Shown: positions 38,554 to 50,223, numbered from the stretch's first letter. The stretch is 64,000 nucleotides of DNA from Minisyncoccota bacterium (GCA_035549255.1 DASZRD010000009.1:49071-113070), one strand, 5' to 3'. Notes: generated by a model from the sequence alone, not told the origin. Made by a program: numbers and translations.

Positions 38554-39540
38554 ATGGACCTCGCGAAATATAAAGAGAACCCGAAGACCGCCTTTCTCGC
38601 GCAAGAGTACGAGCGGCTTTTGGCTGAGGAGATGGAGATCCGCGCCATAGACGACGCGGAGCTGGGAGAACTTGCGAAAGACGACATTGCGCGTATCGAG
38701 GAGCATAAGTCGATGCTGCTCAAGCAGATGGACGAGATCTTGGAAGGCGAGAAGGAGGAAGAGGAGTTCCCCAACGAGATCGTGCTCGAAGTTCGCGCCG
38801 GTGTCGGCGGCGAAGAGGCCGCGCTCTTCGCCGAAGAGCTCTCCAACATGTACCGCGCGTATGCAGTGAAGGAAGGCTGGAACGTGCGCGTGCTCTCCGA
38901 GTCCAAGTCCGACCTTGGTGGCTATAAGGAAGCCGTGTTCGAAATCCGCGGTAAGGGCGTCTATAAGCGGCTGCGCTGGGAGACCGGCGTGCATCGCGTA
39001 CAGCGCGTGCCCGCGACCGAGAAGTCCGGCCGCATCCACACCTCGACCGCCTCGGTCGCGATCGTACCGATCAAAAAGAAGGTAACCATTGTAGTCAATC
39101 CTGCCGACTTCGACATGGAATATTCCCGCTCAGGAGGGGCGGGGGGGCAGAACGTCAACAAGGTCGAGACTGCGGTGCGCATTATCCATCGTCCTACCGG
39201 CATCGATGCGCGATCCACCGTTGAGCGTAGCCAATCGGCGAACCGCGAGCGCGCCATGGCGATCGTGATGGCCAAGCTCCAGGAACGCGCCGACGAAGAG
39301 GCGGCTGCAAAGCTTTCGGCCAATCGCAAGTCCCAGATCGGCACCGGCGACCGCTCCGAGAAAATCCGCACCTACAACAGCCTACAAGACCGCGTGACCG
39401 ACCACCGGATCAAGGAATCCTGGCACAACCTCCCGGGCATTTTTGAGGGCAATCTGGAGGGCATCCTGGACGCGCTTGAGGCCGCCAGCGAAGGGGGAGC
39501 CGGCTTCGGCGAAGGCGTTGCGCCGGAGGAAGAAGCGTGA
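38554..39540 (+). CDS. prfA: Peptide chain release factor 1
   Basis: PAT (PxT) recognition motif in [25 protein letters not shown]. Shortened N-terminal domain. Confidence 0.95.
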   Translation: MDLAKYKENPKTAFLAQEYERLLAEEMEIRAIDDAELGELAKDDIARIEEHKSMLLKQMDEILEGEKEEEEFPNEIVLEVRAGVGGEEAALFAEELSNMYRAYAVKEGWNVRVLSESKSDLGGYKEAVFEIRGKGVYKRLRWETGVHRVQRVPATEKSGRIHTSTASVAIVPIKKKVTIVVNPADFDMEYSRSGGAGGQNVNKVETAVRIIHRPTGIDARSTVERSQSANRERAMAIVMAKLQERADEEAAAKLSANRKSQIGTGDRSEKIRTYNSLQDRVTDHRIKESWHNLPGIFEGNLEGILDALEAASEGGAGFGEGVAPEEEA

Positions 39541-39563
39541 TATCTTAAAGCACACGTTCGCAT

Positions 39564-40286
39564 ATGGATAAGAACCAGCTGATCGACAAGCTTTTTACCG
39601 TTGGAGCCCATTTCGGCTACAGCCCGTCCCGCCGGCATCCGAGCCAGGCGTCCTTTATCTATGGCGAGAAGGGCGGCACCGAAGTATTTGACCTCGAGAA
39701 GACGGCCGCCTGCCTCGACACCGCGCTCTCATTCGTGAAGTCTCTTGCAGCCGAGCGTAAGACGATCCTCTTCGTCGGCGGCAAGGCTGAGGCGCGCGGC
39801 GCCGTCAAGCGCACCGCCGAGCGCATCAATGCGCCCTACGTTGCCTCTCGCTGGATTGGCGGTACGCTCACCAACTTTTCCGAAATCAAGCGCCGCCTCG
39901 GCCGCCTCTCCGAGATCACGACCATGCGCGAGAAGGGGGAGCTCGCCAAATTCACCAAGCGCGAGCGCCTGCTTATCGACCGCGAGGCTAACGACCTCGA
40001 GCTTATGTTCGGCGGCCTCAAGGGCGTCACCAAGCTTCCCGACGCGCTCATGATCGTCGACCCGCGCCAGGAGGACGCGGCGGTCAAGGAGGCGGCCAAA
40101 TTCACTATCCCGGTCATCGCCCTCATGAACTCCGACTGCGATCGTACGAACATCGCGTACCCCGTCCCCGGCAACGACGCCTCGCAGGAAACGATCACCT
40201 TCGTCCTCGACGAAGTCGCCAAGGTATACATGGACAATCTCGCCCCTGAGAAGGCTCCGCAGCCTGCAGAAGCGGCGGCAAACTAA
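39564..40286 (+). CDS. rpsB: 30S ribosomal protein S2
   Basis: GAHFG, RWIGGTLTNF, PGNDAS. Confidence 0.97.
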   Translation: MDKNQLIDKLFTVGAHFGYSPSRRHPSQASFIYGEKGGTEVFDLEKTAACLDTALSFVKSLAAERKTILFVGGKAEARGAVKRTAERINAPYVASRWIGGTLTNFSEIKRRLGRLSEITTMREKGELAKFTKRERLLIDREANDLELMFGGLKGVTKLPDALMIVDPRQEDAAVKEAAKFTIPVIALMNSDCDRTNIAYPVPGNDASQETITFVLDEVAKVYMDNLAPEKAPQPAEAAAN

Positions 40287-40291
40287 TCGCT

Positions 40292-40747
40292 ATGGCAGTA
40301 TCCGCAGAGCAAGTTAAAGCGCTCCGTGATGCAACCGGCGTCTCGATGATCGAGTGCAAGAAGGCGCTTGAAGCGGCCGACGGCAATATGGACAAGGCGC
40401 TCGATATCCTTCGCGCGCGCAGCAATGAAATCGCGGCCAAGAAGTCCGACCGCGCGCTCGGCGCCGGCGTCGTCGCCTCATATATCCACTCGACCGGCCA
40501 GGTGGGCGCCATGGTCGTGCTCTCAAGCGAGACTGATTTCGTATCCAAAAACGAGGAGTTCTCCGCGCTCGCGCGCGACATCGCGATGCATGCTGCAGCC
40601 ATGCGCCCGCAGAACGTGGCGGAACTTCTCGAGCAGCCGTTCATTAAAGATTCAACGCAGACAATCGCGGGGCTTATCTCCGGCGCCACGCAGAAGTTCG
40701 GCGAGCGCGTCGAGATAAGCTCGCTTTCAGTCGCCTCGGTAGCATAG
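40292..40747 (+). CDS. tsf: Elongation factor Ts (short form)
   Basis: VKALRDATGVSMIECKKAL, ETDFV. Follows rpsB. Only 151 aa. Confidence 0.93.
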   Translation: MAVSAEQVKALRDATGVSMIECKKALEAADGNMDKALDILRARSNEIAAKKSDRALGAGVVASYIHSTGQVGAMVVLSSETDFVSKNEEFSALARDIAMHAAAMRPQNVAELLEQPFIKDSTQTIAGLISGATQKFGERVEISSLSVASVA

Positions 40748-40785
40748 CAAGCCACCCTGCTATACTAGTGAGGTGCGGGATTGTC

Positions 40786-41199
40786 ATGACTCTCTTCTTC
40801 ACCATAACGCTCGGCGCATCGATTATCGGCCTTCTCGCGATGCTTCTTATCAAGAGCCGTGAAATGCGCACGGGCCGGCGCATCTTCGCGCGCCTGCGGC
40901 CCGCGGAGAGCGGGGTGCTCCACAGCGTCGTCTACTTCTTTGAAAAGACGCTCCCTATCACGATCAAATACCTCGTCTTTCGTGCGAGCGAGGGCCTGGG
41001 CGCGCTCGTCAAGCGCACGTTCGCGCGCGGCATCCTCCTCTTCGAGTACGCGCTCGAGCACATGCTCGTATTCATCCGCGACCTCACCCGCCCGCCGCAC
41101 CGCGGCGGCCCCGCGTCGCCCTTCCTCCAGGAAGTCGCCGATCATAAGCGCGAGCTCATGAAGGGCTCCAAGGAAGACCGCGCGATCTTCGAGGAGTAG
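40786..41199 (+). CDS. Hypothetical membrane protein
   Basis: N-terminal TM; fills the tsf-tRNA gap. Start uncertain (40768 or 40786). Confidence 0.7.
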   Translation: MTLFFTITLGASIIGLLAMLLIKSREMRTGRRIFARLRPAESGVLHSVVYFFEKTLPITIKYLVFRASEGLGALVKRTFARGILLFEYALEHMLVFIRDLTRPPHRGGPASPFLQEVADHKRELMKGSKEDRAIFEE

Positions 41200-41218
41200 C
41201 CGCCGCGCCTACAGTCAC

Positions 41219-41294
41219 GCCGCCTTAGCTCAGTTGGTAGAGCAACTCTTTTGTAAAGAGAAGGTCCCCAGTCCGAATCTGGGAGGCGGCTCCA
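41219..41294 (+). tRNA. tRNA-Thr(UGU)
   Basis: Acceptor GCCGCCT/AGGCGGC, D-arm GCTC-AGTTGGTA-GAGC, anticodon loop TTTGTAA, T-arm CCCAG-TCCGAAT-CTGGG, encoded CCA. 76 nt. Confidence 0.93.
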
Positions 41295-41316
41295 AAATCT
41301 ACTTGCAATTGAAAGC

Positions 41317-42000
41317 CTATTTCTCTTTCGTGCTGGTTGCGGCGGTCGAGGTTGCCAGGGTGTCGAGGCCCGGAATAAGCGCTTGCATGTCGTCGACATT
41401 TTTGAAACCGTAGACAGGTGCGCCGTTGTTGATGACGAAGGCGGGGAGGTTATCATCCACTTTTCGCAGCGCAATGAGTGTCTGGAGCGCCGATAGGTCG
41501 AGGTTGTAGTCGAATGAGTATACGCGCAGGTCCGGATAATTCTCGCGCAGGTACGTAAGCACGTCGCCCGCGCGGCCGCAGTCGGGGCAATCGCCGGAGT
41601 TCGAGTAGAAGTAGAGGACAGAGATCGGCTTCGTGCCGCACTTCTGCGAGACTTGCTGCATCAGGAGATAGTCCTTGATCTCAAGCAGGCTGTACTGCTT
41701 CTTGAGGCTGATTACGTCGTTGTTGTCGCTGCCGAGCTTGCTCTCGGCGTACGATAGCTGCTCGGCTAAAGAATTGAGCTCGTCCGTGAGGACCGGGTGC
41801 TCGGAGAGCGTCTCGCAGTCGGTGTTGCCGAGAAGCTCGAACTGCGTCTCCGAGGAGAGGAGGTCGATCGAGATCGCGTCCTGCGTCGCGCGGATGTCGG
41901 CAACGCGTACCGCGTCGAGCTTGGCCGCGATATAAAAAGCGGTACCGAAGATAGCGGCGGTTATGGCGAATGCAAGGAGATATTTCTTCCAATCAGTCAT
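41317..42000 (-). CDS. Membrane-anchored hypothetical protein with thioredoxin-like CxxC domain
   Basis: N-terminal TM, helical region, VLYFYS..CPDC and LPAFVIN cis-Pro-like motif. Confidence 0.75.
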   Translation of the reverse strand: MTDWKKYLLAFAITAAIFGTAFYIAAKLDAVRVADIRATQDAISIDLLSSETQFELLGNTDCETLSEHPVLTDELNSLAEQLSYAESKLGSDNNDVISLKKQYSLLEIKDYLLMQQVSQKCGTKPISVLYFYSNSGDCPDCGRAGDVLTYLRENYPDLRVYSFDYNLDLSALQTLIALRKVDDNLPAFVINNGAPVYGFKNVDDMQALIPGLDTLATSTAATSTKEK

Positions 42001-42012
42001 GTATGATGATCG

Positions 42013-43245
42013 CTAGCGCCAGGTTGCTTCGCGCGCGCGGATGGTACCCCAGCTCGCGCGCAGGAGCCACAGCGGTGCGATAAGGCCGAAGAGCGCGAAA
42101 TAGGAGATAAGCGCCTTGATCGTGATCCGGTTCTGCGCCATGCGCTGCCCGAGCATGATCGACACGAGCATGAAGCCCAGCGAGATGAGGATGATGAATG
42201 AGAGCATACTCGTGTCCATATAGAACCACTGGATGCGGAAGCTTGGCATCGTGAGCGGCACGCCGGTTGCCCAGAAGTCGGATGCCGTCGTGATAATGGA
42301 GGAAGACACAGTGTAGAGGCTGTAGACGGCGGTGTACACGCCGAGGAAGAAGGCAAGCAGGCCGAACGGGAGTGTGAGCATGCCGAAGTTGCCGAAGCGC
42401 GGGTTGAAGTACATATACGCGTAGTCGATCGAGTTCTGAAGGAACCCTTGCGACCAGCGCACGCGCTGCACGAGGAGCTTGCGCACCGACTTTGGCACGG
42501 TCGTGTAGACATAGGCGGTGTGCGCGTTGATGATCTTGAGGCCGTGTTTATGCATGCGGAAGGCGATCTCCATGTCCTCGGTGTTATGCGCGTGGCGGAA
42601 GAGGCCGATCTTCGAGAATACCGCGCGGCGGTAGAAGGAGAACGGCCCCGGGAGCACATGAAGCGCGCCGACGTTGTCGATCATCTTGCGGTAGAAGACG
42701 CCGAAGGTGTACTCGACGCTCTGCATGAGTTCGAGGATCGATTTAGGATGATGCACTTTCATGATCGGCATGAGCGCCATCGCGTCGGGATTATGCTCAA
42801 ATGCCTTCACCACCTCGACGAGCGCGTCGGGGCTCGCGAAGGAGTCCGCATCGAGGCAGCCGATAAGCTCGGCCTGGGAGCGCTCGATCGCGAAGTTGAG
42901 CGCGGTATACTTGCCGCCATTCTCTTTATAGTAATACGAAACCTGCGGATGTGATGCGGCAAACTGCTCGGCGATCTTGCGCGTGCCGTCGGTCGAGCCG
43001 TCATCGACCACCATGATCTCGAGCTTATTCTCCGGGTACTCGAGCGCCGTGAGCGATTCGAGCGTGGCAAGGATCGTGTGCTCTTCGTTGAAGGCAGGCA
43101 CCGCGATCGTCACGGTCGGATAGCGCGCAGGGCGCGCAGACGTCTTCTTGTGCGGCTTTTTTTCGAAGAAGGAGATGAGCAAAAACACCTCGAAATAGAG
43201 GGCCAAAAAGAGGCATACATATACTCCCAGGGCCCCTATGTCCAT
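42013..43245 (-). CDS. Family 2 processive glycosyltransferase (PgaC/IcaA-like)
   Basis: VPAFNEE, DDGSTD, NGGK, LDADS, TEDME, QRVRW (QxxRW), flanking TMs. Confidence 0.92.
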   Translation of the reverse strand: MDIGALGVYVCLFLALYFEVFLLISFFEKKPHKKTSARPARYPTVTIAVPAFNEEHTILATLESLTALEYPENKLEIMVVDDGSTDGTRKIAEQFAASHPQVSYYYKENGGKYTALNFAIERSQAELIGCLDADSFASPDALVEVVKAFEHNPDAMALMPIMKVHHPKSILELMQSVEYTFGVFYRKMIDNVGALHVLPGPFSFYRRAVFSKIGLFRHAHNTEDMEIAFRMHKHGLKIINAHTAYVYTTVPKSVRKLLVQRVRWSQGFLQNSIDYAYMYFNPRFGNFGMLTLPFGLLAFFLGVYTAVYSLYTVSSSIITTASDFWATGVPLTMPSFRIQWFYMDTSMLSFIILISLGFMLVSIMLGQRMAQNRITIKALISYFALFGLIAPLWLLRASWGTIRAREATWR

Positions 43246-43297
43246 GGCTCAAACTATAGCATTTTTGGCGCATTTGAGCCATACTTCTGGTATTCCT

Positions 43298-44038
43298 ATG
43301 GAAGACAAGCAACAGGGCCATATCCACCCTATTTCGAGCCTTATCCGCGAGGCCAATCGCATCTTTGGCAAAATGGGCTTCGCCTTCGCCGAAGGGCCGC
43401 TCTTGGAAGACGAGTGGCACAACTTCGATGCGCTCAATGTGCCCAAGGATCACCCGGCGCGCGATATGCAGGACACGTTCTTTATTAAAAACATGCCCGG
43501 CCATGTGCTGCGCACGCACACGAGTCCGGTACAGGTGCGCTATATGGAGGCGCAAGTGAAAGCGGGCATCATGCCGCCCTACCGCGTGATCGTGCCGGGG
43601 AAGGTTTTCCGCAACGAGGCGACCGATATGACGCATGAGGCGGAATTTTTTCAAATAGAAGGTCTTGCGGTCGGCAAGGACGTGACGCTGGGCAACCTCA
43701 AAGGTACGCTTGAGCAATTTTTCAAAGAGCTTTTCAGGGGAGCCAATGTCGAGGTGCGCTTCCGTCCAAGCTTCTTCCCGTTTACCGAGCCGTCGGTCGA
43801 GGTCGACATGCGGCTCGTGGGCGACGATGTGCCGGAAAAATTGCGTGGTCGGTGGATCGAGATGATGGGCGCCGGCATGGTGCACCCCAATGTGCTGCAG
43901 AACGCCGGCCTCGACCCGGAAGTCTATCAAGGCTTCGCCTTCGGCATGGGGCTCGACCGGTTGGCCCTCCTGCGCTGGTCGATAGACGATGTGCGCCTCA
44001 TGCACTCGGCCGACCTTCGCTTCATCAACCAGTTTTAA
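43298..44038 (+). CDS. pheS: Phenylalanine-tRNA ligase alpha subunit (N-terminally short)
   Basis: GHIHP, HPARDMQDTFF, LRTHTSPVQ, FPFTEPS, GAGMVHP. Confidence 0.96.
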   Translation: MEDKQQGHIHPISSLIREANRIFGKMGFAFAEGPLLEDEWHNFDALNVPKDHPARDMQDTFFIKNMPGHVLRTHTSPVQVRYMEAQVKAGIMPPYRVIVPGKVFRNEATDMTHEAEFFQIEGLAVGKDVTLGNLKGTLEQFFKELFRGANVEVRFRPSFFPFTEPSVEVDMRLVGDDVPEKLRGRWIEMMGAGMVHPNVLQNAGLDPEVYQGFAFGMGLDRLALLRWSIDDVRLMHSADLRFINQF

Positions 44039-44041
44039 CAT

Positions 44042-45871
44042 ATGAAAATCTCCCGACGCTGGATACAGAATTTTTTTGATAGCGAACTGCAGAGCACGCA
44101 GGAGGTTGCGGATGCCCTCACGTTTCACGCTTTCGAGATCGACGGCATTGAGAAGGTCGGCGATCCGTCTAACGCCGAGACGAGTGACGAGGTGCTCGAC
44201 GTGAAGGTGACGCCCAACCGCGGACATGATTGCCTCTCGCACCGCGGCATCGCGGGAGAACTCTCGGCGATACTAAAGTTGCCGCTCAAAGTCGACCCGT
44301 GGGCGGGGAAGCCGGATTTCTCCAAGGCCACTGACGCAGTCTCGATCACGCTTGAGGATCCGGCACTCTCGCCCCGCTACATCGCCGCCTATATAAAGAG
44401 CGTGAAAGTGGCCCCCAGCCCCGCGTGGCTCGTACAAGCGCTTGCAGCGATGGGCCAGCGCTCGATCAATAATGTCGTCGACGCGACCAATATGGTCATG
44501 TTCAATACCGGCCAGCCGCTGCATGCCTTCGACGCAGGAAAGCTAGAGCAGGATAATGGTAAGTACCACATCGTCGTGCGTAAGGCGCGCGCGGGCGAAA
44601 AGCTTCTCGCACTCGACAACAAAGAATACGAGCTCAAAGACTCGATGCTCGTCATTGCCGACGGGGTGGCCGACGTGCCGGTAGGCATTGCCGGCATCAA
44701 GGGCGGCACGCCCGCCGGCATTACCGAAGCGACGACTGACATTATTATCGAATCAGCAAACTTCAACGGCGTCTTGGTGCGCAAGACCGCACAGGCCTTG
44801 AAGCTGCGCACCGACGCCTCAAGCCGCTTCGAGCAAGGGGTCTCGCCCGAGCTTGCCGGCTATGGTATGAGACAAGTTGTCGATCTTGTAACGAGTATCG
44901 CGAGCGGGGAATTAATCGGCTTTGCTGATGTCTACCCGGCGCCGCAGGAAATGAAGCGCGTGTCGGTCTCTGTCGATAAAATTAACCAAATTCTCGGTAC
45001 CAAACTCACCGGCGCCGAAGTGAGCGACGTATTCCAGCGGCTGCAATTTGCGTATAAAGAAGAGAATGATTTGTTCGATGTCGAGGTGCCGTTCCAGCGG
45101 CTCGATATTGTGATTGCAGAAGATCTCGTTGAGGAGGTCGGTCGCATTGTTGGCTATGATAAAGTTCCTGCTGAGCCGTTGCCGTCGATGCCAAAGCAGC
45201 CGGAAGTGAATCTCAATTTCTACACCGCCGAGCATGTTCGCAAGCAGCTCACTGATATGGGGTACTCTGAGGTCTTCACCTCTGTCTTCGCTGACAAAGG
45301 CGAGGTTGCCGTGCTCAACAAGGTCGACAGCGTGCGGCCGTACCTGCGCGCCAATCTTGTCGACGGGCTCAATGACGCGCTCAAGAAAAATATTCCTAAT
45401 AAAGACCTCCGTGGCCTCAAGGAAGTGAAATTGTTCGAGATCGGGTCGATCTGGAAGGGCGGCAAGGAAGAAATTTCCGCCGGTATTGTGACCGAGAAGG
45501 ACAAAGCCCAAGAAGAGCCGCTCGCCATGCACGCGCCCAAGGAAGCGCTAACCCAATACGAAGACTTACCGCTCTCGACCGCTGTGCGCTACCAGCCGTT
45601 CTCCAAGTACCCCTACATCGTGCGCGATATTGCGATGTGGACGCCTGCCGGTACCGAGCCTGATGCTGTTTCAAAAATGATCGCCGATCAGGCAGGGGAT
45701 CTGTGCGTTAAAATCTCTCTCTTCGATCAATTTCAAAAAGCAGAAAAAACTTCACTCGCGTTCCGCCTTATATTCCAATCATTCGAGCGCACGCTTACCG
45801 AGGTGGAAGTAAACGAAATAATGGAAAAAGTCTCCGCGGCTCTCAAAGAAAAAGGCTTCGAGATCAGATAG
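44042..45871 (+). CDS. pheT: Phenylalanine-tRNA ligase beta subunit (reduced)
   Basis: TPNRGHDCLSHRGIA, INNVVDATN, GQPLHAFD, DLVEEVGRI, C-terminal FDX-ACB (RTLTEVEVN). Confidence 0.95.
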   Translation: MKISRRWIQNFFDSELQSTQEVADALTFHAFEIDGIEKVGDPSNAETSDEVLDVKVTPNRGHDCLSHRGIAGELSAILKLPLKVDPWAGKPDFSKATDAVSITLEDPALSPRYIAAYIKSVKVAPSPAWLVQALAAMGQRSINNVVDATNMVMFNTGQPLHAFDAGKLEQDNGKYHIVVRKARAGEKLLALDNKEYELKDSMLVIADGVADVPVGIAGIKGGTPAGITEATTDIIIESANFNGVLVRKTAQALKLRTDASSRFEQGVSPELAGYGMRQVVDLVTSIASGELIGFADVYPAPQEMKRVSVSVDKINQILGTKLTGAEVSDVFQRLQFAYKEENDLFDVEVPFQRLDIVIAEDLVEEVGRIVGYDKVPAEPLPSMPKQPEVNLNFYTAEHVRKQLTDMGYSEVFTSVFADKGEVAVLNKVDSVRPYLRANLVDGLNDALKKNIPNKDLRGLKEVKLFEIGSIWKGGKEEISAGIVTEKDKAQEEPLAMHAPKEALTQYEDLPLSTAVRYQPFSKYPYIVRDIAMWTPAGTEPDAVSKMIADQAGDLCVKISLFDQFQKAEKTSLAFRLIFQSFERTLTEVEVNEIMEKVSAALKEKGFEIR

Positions 45872-45888
45872 ATAAAATAAAAGAAGAA

Positions 45889-45915
45889 CGCCCGCCGCAC
45901 AAGATGCGGCGGGCG
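45889..45915. terminator. Terminator hairpin between convergent genes
   Basis: CGCCCGCCGCA-CAAGA-TGCGGCGGGCG, preceded by an A-rich tract. Confidence 0.7.
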
Positions 45916-45948
45916 GGATCATTGGCAGGATAGATCTGATCAAGCGAG

Positions 45949-46533
45949 CTAAGGCAGCGGAATCTCCCTGAACTGAGAATCCAGAAGGAGTACCGGCTTA
46001 CCGCCCTTCTGAAAGGTATGGATGCAGCCCAGCTCGTCGAACTGTTCCATCAGTAGCAGATAGTCGAACGTATCGACCGCGCACTTCTTCTGGAAGACGG
46101 CGACGTAGAATTCGGCTTCCGGATGCTGGGCACGAATCTCCCGGATCTTCTTCGCGAGCGGTGGGACGATAATATCCCATTTGCTCGTGAAGTCCGCCAC
46201 TGAGTACCACTGCCAGCGTTTCGGATCGCGCACGGCAACAATGATCACTGTAAGAGGGACAAAGACGGCGATAAACACGGGCCCTCCGCCGAACATGAGG
46301 ACGGCTATCCCGTAGGTAACGTAATCAAGCGCAGTATGACTGACGCCGAGAATATCTTTCGGCACCAAGAAGAAGGCGATCAGGATGCCCACAAGGAATG
46401 CCAGTATCACTAACTTCCCGAATATCTTGCTGTTATCGAGCCAGCGCTGGATATACCAGAACTTATTGGGCGGGGTAAGCCGGATCGCCTCGGCTTCCAT
46501 CCAGTCGCTCAACGACATTGAAAGAGCGGTCAT
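45949..46533 (-). CDS. Hypothetical membrane protein (2 TM)
   Basis: ORF fills the pheT-gyrB gap; two hydrophobic helices. Start uncertain. Confidence 0.7.
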   Translation of the reverse strand: MTALSMSLSDWMEAEAIRLTPPNKFWYIQRWLDNSKIFGKLVILAFLVGILIAFFLVPKDILGVSHTALDYVTYGIAVLMFGGGPVFIAVFVPLTVIIVAVRDPKRWQWYSVADFTSKWDIIVPPLAKKIREIRAQHPEAEFYVAVFQKKCAVDTFDYLLLMEQFDELGCIHTFQKGGKPVLLLDSQFREIPLP

Positions 46534-46651
46534 CTCTCGATTCCTTGTATTGGAGTTGAGGGAACAATTTCCACGGCAACAGTACCACAATCCTCTTATT
46601 TAGCAAGGTTTTTTGGCTGTCCACAGGCTTCCAAACTGCCCTCGTATTTGA

Positions 46652-48757
<2,106 letters not shown>

Positions 48758-48766
48758 ATTTTCCCC

Positions 48767-48805
48767 CAACAAAAAACTCCGGCACATGGCCGGAGTTTTT
48801 TGTTG
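48767..48805. terminator. Bidirectional intrinsic terminator
   Basis: CAACAAAAAACTCCGGC-ACATG-GCCGGAGTTTTTTGTTG. Confidence 0.85.
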
Positions 48806-48818
48806 ACCTTTCGTTGCT

Positions 48819-50048
48819 TTAGAACGCCTGGGTCGTGACCGTGTTGTTGGCCTCGTTAGACTCGAGGATGTAATTCTGCGGGTCGACGGTGATCGTCACC
48901 GTGCGGCCGTAGCTCGGGTACTGATACCCGTAGTTCTGGTTGTAGTTGTACGGATACGTCGAGTTGTTCTGATAGATGATATTGCCGTTGCTGTCGAGGC
49001 ACGGGGTCGCGACGTTCTGATAGCCGTTGTAGCTGTAGCACGTCTGGTAGCTGCCGTACTGATTGTAATTGTACGGATACGTCTGAGACTGGCTGTAGGT
49101 ATACGGATACTGATTGTAGCCGTTGTTGCAGTTGTAGTTCGGGTATTGGAGCGTGCAAACCTGATTCTGGTTATACGAGCTCTGATTGTCGAAGGTAAGC
49201 GTATAGACGATCTTGTCGCCCGGGTAGAGCGCTTGCTGGGTCTGCGACGTGTACTGGTTGTACGGCGCCTGGAGCGGGAGCTGTGCGGTGAAGTTCCAGC
49301 CCGCGCGAGCGATGGTGGTGCCGACATTGCTGACTTGGAACTGCACCTGCGTGCGGCCCGGGTAGGCGAAGGTCGGCAGCTGCGTCACCGAGATGATGCT
49401 TACGGAGAGGTCAGGGTAGCCGTAGAGCGTCGTCGTGTGTGCGGCCGGGATATAGGTGCCGCCATTGCTTGCCGTACCGGTGGACGTAGAGCCGGAGTTG
49501 CCCGTCTGTGACGGAGCCGCGGACGCCGGATTAACGGTAACATTCGTTGAGGCAGAGGCGGTGACCGTGCCGTCGTCGAGCTTGGTAGCCGATACGACAA
49601 ATGAAGCGGCGACCGGTGCGCTGCCGCTGATAGCCGGGATGACCGTCATGCTCTGCGTCGCGCCCACATAATTGAACGGCGTCGCGCAGGGGACCGTCTG
49701 ATACTGGCCAGCCGGGGTCGGCGCTTTGAGCGAGAGGCCGCTCTGGCACTGGTAGGAGAGCGAGTAGCTATACTGGCCGCTCGCGTTCGTGTGATTCCAC
49801 GAGATCGTTACCGGCGTACCGGAGGTGACCGCGGTCGGGGTACTGATCGCGAGCGACTCTTGTGCGGGAGCACTTGAGCCGTTGCCGGTCACGAGCGATA
49901 CGACGCTGCCGCCCACCGTCGAGACGACGGACGAGAGGTTAAAAGCGAGCAAAATAATGCCCCATGCGCCCAAGAGGAGCACCAAAATAAGGCCGATGAG
50001 AGCCACCGTGCGCAAAAGCGTATCCCGCCACGTAGATTGTCCTTCCAT
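48819..50048 (-). CDS. Membrane-anchored surface protein with CARDB-like Ig domain and Y/N/Q-rich insert
   Basis: N-terminal TM. PDLSVSI...VSNVGT...LYPG...VDPQNYILESNEANN is CARDB-like. Confidence 0.8.
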   Translation of the reverse strand: MEGQSTWRDTLLRTVALIGLILVLLLGAWGIILLAFNLSSVVSTVGGSVVSLVTGNGSSAPAQESLAISTPTAVTSGTPVTISWNHTNASGQYSYSLSYQCQSGLSLKAPTPAGQYQTVPCATPFNYVGATQSMTVIPAISGSAPVAASFVVSATKLDDGTVTASASTNVTVNPASAAPSQTGNSGSTSTGTASNGGTYIPAAHTTTLYGYPDLSVSIISVTQLPTFAYPGRTQVQFQVSNVGTTIARAGWNFTAQLPLQAPYNQYTSQTQQALYPGDKIVYTLTFDNQSSYNQNQVCTLQYPNYNCNNGYNQYPYTYSQSQTYPYNYNQYGSYQTCYSYNGYQNVATPCLDSNGNIIYQNNSTYPYNYNQNYGYQYPSYGRTVTITVDPQNYILESNEANNTVTTQAF

Positions 50049-50092
50049 ACTGGATAGTAATTACTAAAAGCCCTGATAATTGATACGGCGGC

Positions 50093-50159
50093 ATCGTATC
50101 ATGGGCATTTTCATATGTCAAGTATGAAACTTGACAAAAGTCAAATTCTGGTATAAGCT
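50093..50159. promoter_or_regulatory. Back-to-back divergent sigma70-like promoters
   Basis: Plus strand: TTGACA (50131-50136), N17, TAAGCT (50154-50159). Minus strand: TTGACA (50121-50116), N17, TACGAT (50098-50093). Confidence 0.7.
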
Positions 50160-50223
50160 ATATTCAGCCCTTTAAAACAGGCTATAGTCATAGGCCTGGC
50201 CGATCTCGGTAGGGCGTATTTCT

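Noticed and set aside
30006-39540. Alternative genetic code (UGA as Gly)
   Set aside because: rpiB, rpe and prfA end at TGA at the expected lengths, and conserved genes have no internal TGA.
41219-43245. Integrated element at tRNA-Thr
   Set aside because: No integrase, and no duplicated tRNA 3' end seen in the window.
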